This document shows, piece by piece, positions 38,290-44,681 of a stretch of 64,000 bases of DNA. The DNA is from a virus, in IMG/VR virus record IMGVR_UViG_3300029060_000343, one strand, 5' to 3'. A program made the position numbers and the translations under genes. Each line of letters starts with the position of its first letter. Position 1 is the stretch's first letter. Below the pieces are notes generated by a model. The model made no database searches. It had not been told where the DNA came from and saw nothing but the letters and a program-made list of their open reading frames with translations.

Positions 38290-38380
38290 ACTCCCGTGCC
38301 CCGCAGATTGGCAGGTTTATCACGAATACCGCAGCCGTTAGTCAATTTCGACTGAAATACCGTTTAGCACGGGCTTTTTG
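38290..38380 (-). other. ~90-nt tRNA-sized structured element without canonical T-loop (tRNA pseudogene or unknown small RNA)
   Basis: Terminal complementarity GCCCGUG...CACGGG enclosing internal hairpins; no GTTCGAATC-type T-loop. Confidence 0.3.
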
Positions 38381-38437
38381 CATATACACTGAATAGAAAC
38401 AGGTGACTAATCTGCTTCGCACAGCTTAAATGCAAAG

Positions 38438-38511
38438 ACATCGGTGGGATTCGAACCCACGATAAAACCTGTTTTGCAGACAGGCGCCTTAGACCACTCG
38501 ACCACGATGCC
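38438..38511 (-). tRNA. tRNA-Cys(GCA)
   Basis: T-arm GUGGGUUCGAAUCCCAC; anticodon loop CUGCAAA. Confidence 0.7.
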
Positions 38512-38518
38512 ATAATAC

Positions 38519-38592
38519 TACGGACAGCGGGACTCGAACCCGCAAAGTACGATTTAGAAGACCGTTGTTTTATCCAATTAGACTATGCCCGT
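38519..38592 (-). tRNA. tRNA-Arg(UCU)
   Basis: T-arm GCGGGUUCGAGUCCCGC; anticodon loop CUUCUAA. Confidence 0.7.
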
Positions 38593-38598
38593 ATAAAA

Positions 38599-38671
38599 TA
38601 TCCCCAGGCAGATTTGAACTGCCGTTCCCTGCGTGAGAGGCAGATGTCCTTGACCGCTAGACTATGGGGAC
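38599..38671 (-). tRNA. tRNA-Glu(CUC)
   Basis: 5' GUCCCC Glu-like acceptor; T-arm GGCAGUUCAAAUCUGCC; loop CUCUCAC. Confidence 0.65.
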
Positions 38672-38675
38672 TTAA

Positions 38676-38767
38676 CGCTGTGACAGGGATTCGAACCCTG
38701 AAAGCGGGAATCTCACCCGACATGCCGGATTTCAAGGCCGGTGCTGTACCAGTTGAGCCATCACAGC
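38676..38767 (-). tRNA. tRNA-Ser(UGA), class II
   Basis: T-arm CAGGGUUCGAAUCCCUG; loop CUUGAAA; long variable arm. Confidence 0.65.
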
Positions 38768-38772
38768 AAAAG

Positions 38773-38863
38773 CGGAACGGGAGGGACTTGAACCCTCAAA
38801 GCGTGGATTGACACGACATGTCCGGCTTCCAACCGGGTCCTGTACCAATTGAGGCACCGCTCC
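38773..38863 (-). tRNA. tRNA-Ser(GGA), class II
   Basis: T-arm GAGGGUUCAAGUCCCUC; loop UUGGAAG; long variable arm. Confidence 0.6.
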
Positions 38864-38891
38864 ATATCAGGCTCTTTAACAAGAGCCTTTA

Positions 38892-39413
38892 TCATTTTGA
38901 AATTTTATCAGCAATTCCGGATGCAACATAAGACTCCGGCTTAACCTTTGCCTCAAAACCCATTGAAGTGACCCAGCCTATGAGCTCAGGAATCAATTCC
39001 TTCGTCTTACCATGTTCAGAATAACCAGCATCAATATGAATAGAAAACTCTGTGTTCAAAAATACGTCTTCATATTCCGTTGTCTCAAATATTGTAATAA
39101 GCTGTTCTGCTATTTCAAGTGAATCGCCGGTTTCCACACGAAGTTTTGTTCTTACATCTGAAATACGGTCACGTGCGTTAATCTTATAAAAGAAAATACC
39201 GCCGTGTCCTTCACAGATCACAGCAATTACACTTACTTCTTTCGTATAATCAAAATTCTGCGAATCCGTACCGATCGTAATATGAATACCGGTACCATAC
39301 TCTTTCATTCTTTCATAGTAAGCCTTTATATATTTTGGAATTTCCTGTATCATAAGCTCACCGTGTGATGGCGAAATCCAGTTTTCACTGTAATGTTTCT
39401 TACTCATGATCAC
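38892..39413 (-). CDS. hypothetical protein embedded in the tRNA array (possible RNase-H-like/DUF458-type fold)
   Basis: ORF track; TIGTDSQ segment; flanked by tRNAs on both sides. Confidence 0.45.
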   Translation of the reverse strand: MIMSKKHYSENWISPSHGELMIQEIPKYIKAYYERMKEYGTGIHITIGTDSQNFDYTKEVSVIAVICEGHGGIFFYKINARDRISDVRTKLRVETGDSLEIAEQLITIFETTEYEDVFLNTEFSIHIDAGYSEHGKTKELIPELIGWVTSMGFEAKVKPESYVASGIADKISK

Positions 39414-39437
39414 GTTGCTCCTTTCTGATATTTTTTA

Positions 39438-39513
39438 GCAGGCGCGGAGGGATTCGAACCCCCAGACAATCACGGTTTTGGAGACCGTTGCTGTACCAGT
39501 TGAGCCACGCACC
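39438..39513 (-). tRNA. tRNA-Trp(CCA)
   Basis: T-arm GGGGGUUCGAAUCCCUC; loop CUCCAAA. Confidence 0.7.
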
Positions 39514-39755
39514 CATAATAATGAACAATAAAAAACAGCCTCTTTTGATAAACTTTTTATCAGAAGATGCTGCAGAGAATGCCGGTAATTTTGTTATGCG
39601 AAAATTTTTGCATCAACAAATAAAGCAGTACATCTTCTTATCATGTCTACTCTCTGACCACGAACTATTGGATTGTCTGCTACATCTGTTTACGTTATGC
39701 ATAATTATTTACTCCTTCCTGCAATTTTTCTGTATCTGCATAAAAACTGGAAAAA

Positions 39756-39829
39756 TACGCCAAATCGGATTCGAACCGATACTAACAGGGGCTTAAACCC
39801 TGTGCCTCTGCCGATTGGGCTATTGGCGC
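39756..39829 (-). tRNA. tRNA with anticodon UAA (Leu codon UUA), class I length with Leu-type D-arm
   Basis: Loop UUUAAGC (G37); 3-bp D-stem with long D-loop; 5-nt variable region. Confidence 0.55.
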
Positions 39830-39833
39830 ATAA

Positions 39834-39906
39834 TGGGTATGACAGGCCATGATCCTGCAACCTTCGGCTTAAGAGGCCGATACTCTGCCACTTGAGTTAC
39901 ATACCC
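39834..39906 (-). tRNA. tRNA-Lys(CUU), noncanonical T-loop
   Basis: Perfect acceptor GGGUAUG/CAUACCC; loop CUCUUAA; T-loop AUCAUGG. Confidence 0.6.
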
Positions 39907-39928
39907 GTGGATACACATGCGGTATCAG

Positions 39929-40012
39929 TGCACCCGACGAGACTCGAACTCGCATGGAAAGTAATTCCGCCAGATTAAAAGTCTGGTGCCATACCAATTA
40001 GGCGACGGATGC
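39929..40012 (-). tRNA. class-II-shaped tRNA with anticodon UUU (Lys codon AAA)
   Basis: Loop CUUUUAA; extra arm GGAAUUACUUUCC; 3-bp D-stem. Confidence 0.5.
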
Positions 40013-40091
40013 ATACATTATAACTTTGATAATCGCTTGCATAACTGTTTTCGTTTCATGATTATTTCTCCTTTATTATAAAGATTTTCAA

Positions 40092-40163
40092 TCCCAAGGA
40101 CAGGATTTGAACCTGCGTTTGCCGGGTATGAACCGGCCGTACTCGCCGCTATACTACCCTGGA
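40092..40163 (-). tRNA. tRNA-Met(CAU), elongator or Ile2-type
   Basis: Loop UUCAUAC; T-arm GCAGGUUCAAAUCCUGU. Confidence 0.65.
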
Positions 40164-40164
40164 G

Positions 40165-40241
40165 TAGCGGGTCCAGGAGTCGAAGCCTGGTATCGCAAGG
40201 GTTATGAGCCCTGCATGGTAAATCCGTTCCACTCACCCGCA
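40165..40241 (-). tRNA. initiator tRNA-fMet(CAU)
   Basis: GGGCUCAUAACCC anticodon arm with three G-C pairs, identical to the bacterial initiator; 1:72 mismatch. Confidence 0.65.
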
Positions 40242-40243
40242 AA

Positions 40244-40316
40244 TGCTGATAACAGGACTCGAACCTGTAACCCCATGCTTGTAAGGCATATGCTCTCCCA
40301 GTTGAGCTACATCAGC
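40244..40316 (-). tRNA. tRNA-Val(UAC)
   Basis: Canonical cloverleaf; loop CUUACAA; T-arm CAGGUUCGAGUCCUG. Confidence 0.75.
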
Positions 40317-40320
40317 ATAG

Positions 40321-40391
40321 TTGTGGTGGACAGAGTCGGACTGTCGTTAACCGCTCATCAGACGGTCTTTCTACCATTGAAATACACCACA
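40321..40391 (-). tRNA. tRNA-Ile(GAU), noncanonical T-loop
   Basis: Loop CUGAUGA; T-loop UCCGACU. Confidence 0.55.
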
Positions 40392-40404
40392 ATATTTTTT
40401 ATGA

Positions 40405-40478
40405 AGCCTGTGACAAGATTTGAACTTGCAACCCTCTACTTACGAGATAGACGCTCTGCCAATTAGAGCTACACAGGC
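40405..40478 (-). tRNA. tRNA-Thr(CGU)
   Basis: Loop CUCGUAA; T-arm CAAGUUCAAAUCUUG. Confidence 0.7.
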
Positions 40479-40487
40479 ATTTTACAG

Positions 40488-40559
40488 TGCTCCCATGGCG
40501 ACTCGAACGCCAACTACAGAGTTCGTAGCCCTGCCGTCTATCCATTAGCGTATGAGAGC
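40488..40559 (-). tRNA. tRNA-Arg(ACG)
   Basis: Loop CUACGAA; T-arm GGCGUUCGAGUCGCC. Confidence 0.7.
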
Positions 40560-40563
40560 ATAG

Positions 40564-40634
40564 CAGGCGGTAACCGAATCGAACGGGTGTCTCACGGCTC
40601 AGAACCGCACGGTTTACCTCTAACCTAACCGCCT
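40564..40634 (-). tRNA. tRNA-Gln(CUG)
   Basis: Loop UUCUGAG; T-loop UUCGAUU. Confidence 0.6.
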
Positions 40635-40636
40635 AT

Positions 40637-40709
40637 AAGCCGCAGAAGGGACTCGAACCCTTAATCCCCTGATTACAAAGCAGGTGCATTACCATTGTGC
40701 TACAGCGGC
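40637..40709 (-). tRNA. tRNA-Thr(UGU)
   Basis: Loop UUUGUAA; T-arm AGGGUUCGAGUCCCU. Confidence 0.65.
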
Positions 40710-40723
40710 ATATTTAATTTCAG

Positions 40724-40807
40724 GGAGACCAGTGGGGCTCGAACCCACGTAGGAATTGCTTCCGCAGAGCCACAATCTGCTGCCTAACCAACTCGGCCAC
40801 AGCCTCC
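40724..40807 (-). tRNA. tRNA-His(GUG) with G-1:C73 and an unusual extra arm
   Basis: Loop UUGUGGC; 8-bp acceptor including G-1; extra arm GGAAGCAAUUCC. Confidence 0.5.
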
Positions 40808-40811
40808 ATAG

Positions 40812-40883
40812 CTGGAATGGCGGGACTTGAACCCACAACCTACCGGTTAACAGCCGGTCGCTCTACCATTGAGCTACAAACCA
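40812..40883 (-). tRNA. tRNA-Asn(GUU)-like copy with weakened acceptor stem (possible pseudo-tRNA)
   Basis: Body nearly identical to the tRNA-Asn at 41637..41709; two U·U mismatches in the acceptor. Confidence 0.4.
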
Positions 40884-40900
40884 ATACTATATTATCTAAA

Positions 40901-40974
40901 TGGGGCGAGTGAGAATCGAACTCACGACACACGGCTTATAAGGCCGCTGCTCTTGACCCCTGAGCTACCACCCC
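40901..40974 (-). tRNA. tRNA-Ile(UAU)
   Basis: Loop CUUAUAA; T-arm GUGAGUUCGAUUCUCAC. Confidence 0.6.
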
Positions 40975-41060
40975 TTATGAAATAAGGTTCGGTATAGATA
41001 TTCGTCTCATAGTCTTGTTTCTCCTTTATATTTGTTATACTCTTTCTACAGGAAAGAAAA

Positions 41061-41134
41061 TGTACCAGAAGGGATTCGAACCCATAGAAAACCGGATTTG
41101 AGCCGGCCCCGTCTGCCAGTTGCGGCACTGATGC
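41061..41134 (-). tRNA. tRNA with anticodon CAA (Leu codon UUG), class I length with Leu-type D-arm
   Basis: Loop CUCAAAU; D-arm CCGCAACUGGCAGACGG; short variable region. Confidence 0.5.
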
Positions 41135-41140
41135 ATACAG

Positions 41141-41213
41141 TCGGAATGACAGGTCTCGAACCTGCAGCCTCATGATCCCAAATCACGCGCGCTACCAATT
41201 GCGCCACATCCCG
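41141..41213 (-). tRNA. tRNA-Pro(UGG)
   Basis: 5' CGGGAUG; loop UUUGGGA; T-arm GCAGGUUCGAGACCUGU. Confidence 0.7.
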
Positions 41214-41219
41214 ATACAG

Positions 41220-41293
41220 TGCCCATGAGTGGTTTCGAACCACCAACCTCTGCCATCTGAAGACAGTTCGTCTGCCAATTGCGCCACATGGAC
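41220..41293 (-). tRNA. tRNA with anticodon CAG (Leu codon CUG), class I length
   Basis: Loop UUCAGAU; T-arm GGUGGUUCGAAACCACU; 5-nt variable region. Confidence 0.5.
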
Positions 41294-41300
41294 ATCACAG

Positions 41301-41378
41301 TACCTCGAATGGGAGTCGAACCCATAAACAATCACAGAGTCCTTAGCTCTGCCGCTTTGCCAATTTGCGTACCGAGGC
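41301..41378 (-). tRNA. tRNA with anticodon AAG (Leu codon CUU), short variable region
   Basis: Loop CUAAGGA; Leu-type D-arm CGCAAAUUGGCAAAGCG; T-arm UGGGUUCGACUCCCA. Confidence 0.5.
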
Positions 41379-41392
41379 ATATTTATTTTAAG

Positions 41393-41476
41393 TGGGCGAA
41401 GAAGGACTTGAACCTTCAGAAGCCGAAGCCAACTGTTTTACAGACAGTACCGCTGCCAATTACGGGATATTCGCCC
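41393..41476 (-). tRNA. tRNA-Tyr(GUA), class II
   Basis: Loop CUGUAAA; long variable arm; T-arm GAAGGUUCAAGUCCUUC. Confidence 0.7.
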
Positions 41477-41481
41477 AAAAG

Positions 41482-41569
41482 TCGGCAGGGTGAGAGTCGA
41501 ACTCACAATGTTTACCACGAGGGTCACAGTTTTACAGACTGCTTGCTTCAGCCTTTTGCATACCTGCCG
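41482..41569 (-). tRNA. tRNA-Tyr(GUA), second copy with divergent sequence, class II
   Basis: Loop CUGUAAA; perfect acceptor CGGCAGG/CCUGCCG; long variable arm. Confidence 0.65.
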
Positions 41570-41636
41570 TTAATAATATTCAGTTCCCATATAATAATAG
41601 TCTGGCATATCAGTCATCTCCTTTACATTTCTTAAG

Positions 41637-41709
41637 CTCTCACAGCAGGACTTGAACCTGCAACATCCCGGTTAACAGCCGGACGCTCTACCGATTGAGC
41701 TATGCGAGA
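41637..41709 (-). tRNA. tRNA-Asn(GUU)
   Basis: Loop CUGUUAA; T-arm GCAGGUUCAAGUCCUGC. Confidence 0.7.
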
Positions 41710-41713
41710 ATAG

Positions 41714-41786
41714 AGTGCGTGAACGGATTCGAACCGTCCCTTTCTGCTTGGAAGGCAGATGTGCTATCCGCTGACACTACACACAC
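41714..41786 (-). tRNA. tRNA-Gly(UCC)
   Basis: Loop CUUCCAA; T-arm GACGGUUCGAAUCCGUU. Confidence 0.65.
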
Positions 41787-41791
41787 ATAAG

Positions 41792-41867
41792 CGACTCCAA
41801 CGGGATTTGAACCCGTGTTATTCCTGCGTGACAGGCAGGTGCCATAAACCAGCTAGGCGATGGAGCC
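41792..41867 (-). tRNA. tRNA-Asp(GUC)
   Basis: Loop CUGUCAC; T-arm CACGGGUUCAAAUCCCGU. Confidence 0.65.
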
Positions 41868-41871
41868 ATAA

Positions 41872-41943
41872 TGCCTCGTTTCGGTTACGATCCGATCCTC
41901 TGGAGCTTCAATCCAGCGCTTCTACCAAGTTAGCTTACGAGGC
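41872..41943 (-). tRNA. tRNA-Phe(GAA), noncanonical T-loop
   Basis: Perfect acceptor GCCUCGU/ACGAGGC; loop UUGAAGC; T-loop AUCGUAA. Confidence 0.6.
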
Positions 41944-42050
41944 TCGGTAAAGTCAGTATCGTCTTTACCGCCATAAAATCGTTTATCCATATTTTTTCAA
42001 TGTCCTTTCGTATATTGTATAAATCCTGAGTGCCTGGTTCAGAATTTAAG

Positions 42051-42123
42051 AGCAGATGACGGAACTCGAATCCGCATTTCTGACTTGGCAAGCCAGTGTA
42101 TTAGCCAGCTATACGACATCTGC
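42051..42123 (-). tRNA. tRNA-Gly(GCC)
   Basis: Perfect acceptor GCAGAUG/CAUCUGC; loop UUGCCAA; T-arm GCGGAUUCGAGUUCCGU. Confidence 0.7.
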
Positions 42124-42190
42124 ATGTGGGACAAACGGAGTGCCTGGTTCCATAAGTCCCTGTTTTGTTGTATTACGGATATTTCCGTAG

Positions 42191-42263
42191 CGACCGATGC
42201 GGGATTCGAACCCACGTCTCGGGAGTGAAATTCCCGTGACCTCGTCCTCTAGTCGAATCGGCC
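42191..42263 (-). tRNA. tRNA-Glu(UUC)
   Basis: Perfect acceptor GGCCGAU/AUCGGUC; loop AUUUCAC; T-arm GUGGGUUCGAAUCCCGC. Confidence 0.65.
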
Positions 42264-42270
42264 AAATCAA

Positions 42271-42347
42271 TGGAGCATATGAGAATCGAACCCATCTGTT
42301 TTTCCTGTTTGCAAAACAGGCGACCACCCCTTGCAGTCCCATACCCC
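42271..42347 (-). tRNA. tRNA-Ala(UGC) with G3:U70
   Basis: 5' GGGGUAU with G3·U70 wobble; loop UUUGCAA; T-arm AUGGGUUCGAUUCUCAU. Confidence 0.6.
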
Positions 42348-42416
42348 ATATAATTAAAAAGACCACTAAACTAAGACAATTTCTTAATCCAGTGGTCATG
42401 ATTTCATATTTCCAAT

Positions 42417-42677
42417 CTATGCGCGGTTCCTGTTCCACCGGGTGCCTGTTCCGATATCTGCTGACCGCTTGAAACGGCTATGAAAAGAACCACTGAATGA
42501 ATTATGTAATTGTCTGAGATACGCTATAATCGCTGAAAAAAGACTGCATTCCGGCTTACTATCGACAATAAGATCCCATCCATAATGATAATTAGAGCGC
42601 ACCAAACCAAGCCCTGTTTCCAGTGCGAATGACATCTGTGTGAACTGAGGTTTGTTTTTCATAATCATTGCTATCAT
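42417..42677 (-). CDS. hypothetical small protein between the sigma-A promoter and the tRNA array
   Basis: AAGGAAAAGAAAGACC-ATG RBS; may be a leader ORF of the tRNA operon. Confidence 0.3.
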   Translation of the reverse strand: MIAMIMKNKPQFTQMSFALETGLGLVRSNYHYGWDLIVDSKPECSLFSAIIAYLRQLHNSFSGSFHSRFKRSADIGTGTRWNRNRA

Positions 42678-42786
42678 GGTCTTTCTTTTCCTTTCTAAAA
42701 ATTTTTGCATAAAAATACGGAGTCCAACAGCTAATCTCAGATAGAAAATCTAAGACTCGCGGCAGGCACTCCGTTCATCTACTGAT

Positions 42787-42815
42787 ACTATAACACCTAC
42801 CGGAAGTATTGTCAA
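42787..42815 (-). promoter_or_regulatory. canonical sigma-A-type promoter (TTGACA-N17-TATAGT) upstream of the tRNA array
   Basis: Reverse complement of 42810-42815 is TTGACA; 17-nt spacer; reverse complement of 42787-42792 is TATAGT. Confidence 0.55.
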
Positions 42816-42869
42816 CATATTTTTATTTCTTTTTCACTATTATTATGATAGATTTTTTATAAAAACAAA

Positions 42870-42894
42870 ACCTCCCGAGAAATTCCCGGGAGGT
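42870..42894 (-). terminator. intrinsic terminator
   Basis: ACCTCCCGAGAAATTCCCGGGAGGT hairpin. Confidence 0.55.
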
Positions 42895-42953
42895 CTCAAG
42901 TTAAAATAAAGGACCGCCGCTTCCGTGCATAACAATCACTCCTTTCTTCACGT

Positions 42954-43424
42954 CTATACAAGACTGAAATTTTCTCTATCTTTCAGCAGTCTTTCACGCA
43001 GATCAGCAAGCGTATAGATCTTATTTTCGTTCAAAAAAGCATAACCGTACCGATGTCCATACATAATAACTTCGATAACGGGACAAGAATCAAGCGCAAT
43101 TCCTTTCTGCGTACCCATGAACTGAAGAAAACAACCAATGTTCGCAAAAGGTCTTTCTCCTCCAATTTCACTGAGCTGAATGCGAATTTTTTCAACTTCT
43201 TTGATATAATTTTCAATCTCGTAGTCATCAATTATCTCGCCCTGCCATAAACCGAGTTCGTGCATTATATCCTTTGTTGTCTCGGACAGAGAATAAGTAA
43301 AATCACCGTCTACGATATAATTTATCTTCTTTTCCAGGTCCAGTTTAGACCATAATTCGCGGTAGTCTAGAAACGAAGATCTACCAATCAGTTCCTTCAT
43401 TTTTTCGTTAATTTTATTTGTCAT
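42954..43424 (-). CDS. hypothetical protein (156 aa)
   Basis: ORF track; CGGAGGTAAAAATTC-ATG RBS; motif at 43455-43471. Confidence 0.5.
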   Translation of the reverse strand: MTNKINEKMKELIGRSSFLDYRELWSKLDLEKKINYIVDGDFTYSLSETTKDIMHELGLWQGEIIDDYEIENYIKEVEKIRIQLSEIGGERPFANIGCFLQFMGTQKGIALDSCPVIEVIMYGHRYGYAFLNENKIYTLADLRERLLKDRENFSLV

Positions 43425-43454
43425 GAATTTTTACCTCCGATTTTCTTTGATGAT

Positions 43455-43471
43455 ATTAATATGAAAGAAAA
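43455..43471 (-). promoter_or_regulatory. conserved intergenic motif copy (ATTAATATGAAAGAAAA)
   Basis: 33 nt upstream of the 42954..43424 start. Confidence 0.5.
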
Positions 43472-43629
43472 AGAGTTGGAAAAACCGATTTTGATTTTCT
43501 TGTATTAATCAAATTCCCTTATTTTATTTGTTTTACGACAATAACATGAAAAATATTCGACAAATTATACTTTTCATTTTTGCTAAATATTGATATGATG
43601 GAAATGCATCAAAGAAAAAGAGGGATAAT

Positions 43630-44598
43630 ATGGAAAAGAAAAATGAACCGAAATTATATCATATCGAAGAAATGGAAGAATATCTCAATTCAATATTACC
43701 GGATTCTTCGAACTCTTTTAAATACCTTTATCTTAAAAAGCAGATTATGGCACATTTTTCTTTAGCAAGAAATGGCTATACTAATCGCATTTCCTCTTAT
43801 ACTGAAGTCAAAAGAGAAGCTTTAGATAAGCTTTGTTGTAAAATAGCTGAAGAATATGGAACAACTGAAAAAACATGGGCTCAACTGGCGAAGGAAAATG
43901 ACATTAATATCTCGACAGTTCAACATTATATTAAAAAATACGACCAAGAGCATCCAGGCTATTTTTCTCAAAAACCTAATAGAATAAATGAACATGAAAT
44001 TATTGAAATGTATTTTGAGAAAAAATATACAGCCAATGAAATAGCGGAAAAATTAGGGTGTTCCGCTTCTACCGTGTGGCGCGCAATCCGCAGTTATAGA
44101 AATATACATAAGGAGTTGGAGACGGACTGTAGTTTAACAAGAAATTTTTTAAACAAAGAAGATATAGAGATTGCCTGTGCATATCTCAATACGAACAGCA
44201 CTTATAAAGAAGTGGCTGCAAAGTATTCATGTAGTATTTCGACTGTCCAGTATTGCATTAAAAAATACAAGGCCGCTACGGCGAAAATGGAAGAAATTTC
44301 TCCCACTGTAGATAATAGTAATTTTGTGCGCTTGTATTTTGTAAAAAATGTTTCCATCGAGCAATTGACGGCCTATGGAAAATATTCCAGGGAAGATATA
44401 GAAAATGGTATAAAAGAATATTTGAGCGAATTATGTAAAAAATATACGGCTGATGAATTGATTGCGGAGCAGATTATTGAGGATTACATTAATGGTGAAA
44501 AAGCACACTCTTTAGCTAAAAAATACCATAAAGCAACAACAACCGTAACGGAGATCATAGAATTATATAAAAATTCCACACAAAAAGAACCGGGATAA
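43630..44598 (+). CDS. multi-HTH DNA-binding protein (4-5 tandem IS30/sigma-r4-like helix-turn-helix units)
   Basis: Repeats ISTVQHYIKKY, CSASTVWRAIRSY, CSISTVQYCIKKYK and TTTVTEIIELYK, each preceded by a helix; AAGAGGGATAAT-ATG RBS. Confidence 0.55.
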   Translation: MEKKNEPKLYHIEEMEEYLNSILPDSSNSFKYLYLKKQIMAHFSLARNGYTNRISSYTEVKREALDKLCCKIAEEYGTTEKTWAQLAKENDINISTVQHYIKKYDQEHPGYFSQKPNRINEHEIIEMYFEKKYTANEIAEKLGCSASTVWRAIRSYRNIHKELETDCSLTRNFLNKEDIEIACAYLNTNSTYKEVAAKYSCSISTVQYCIKKYKAATAKMEEISPTVDNSNFVRLYFVKNVSIEQLTAYGKYSREDIENGIKEYLSELCKKYTADELIAEQIIEDYINGEKAHSLAKKYHKATTTVTEIIELYKNSTQKEPG

Positions 44599-44681
44599 AA
44601 TCCGGTTCTTTTCATCTTAAGGTACTGCGCAATCTTGTCAATAAAGATAAATGATTCTCGCGTGTAAATCCCAAATCGACT

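Noticed and set aside
37990-42480. ORF-track ORFs lying over the tRNA array (40018..40242, 40107..40466, 40922..41173, 41046..41246, 41192..41380, 41279..41635, 41759..41950, 42109..42438, 42197..42472)
   Set aside because: They are composed of back-to-back tRNA genes on the opposite or same strand, have no RBS, and show tRNA-derived composition. Only the tiny SD-bearing micro-ORFs were kept as observations.
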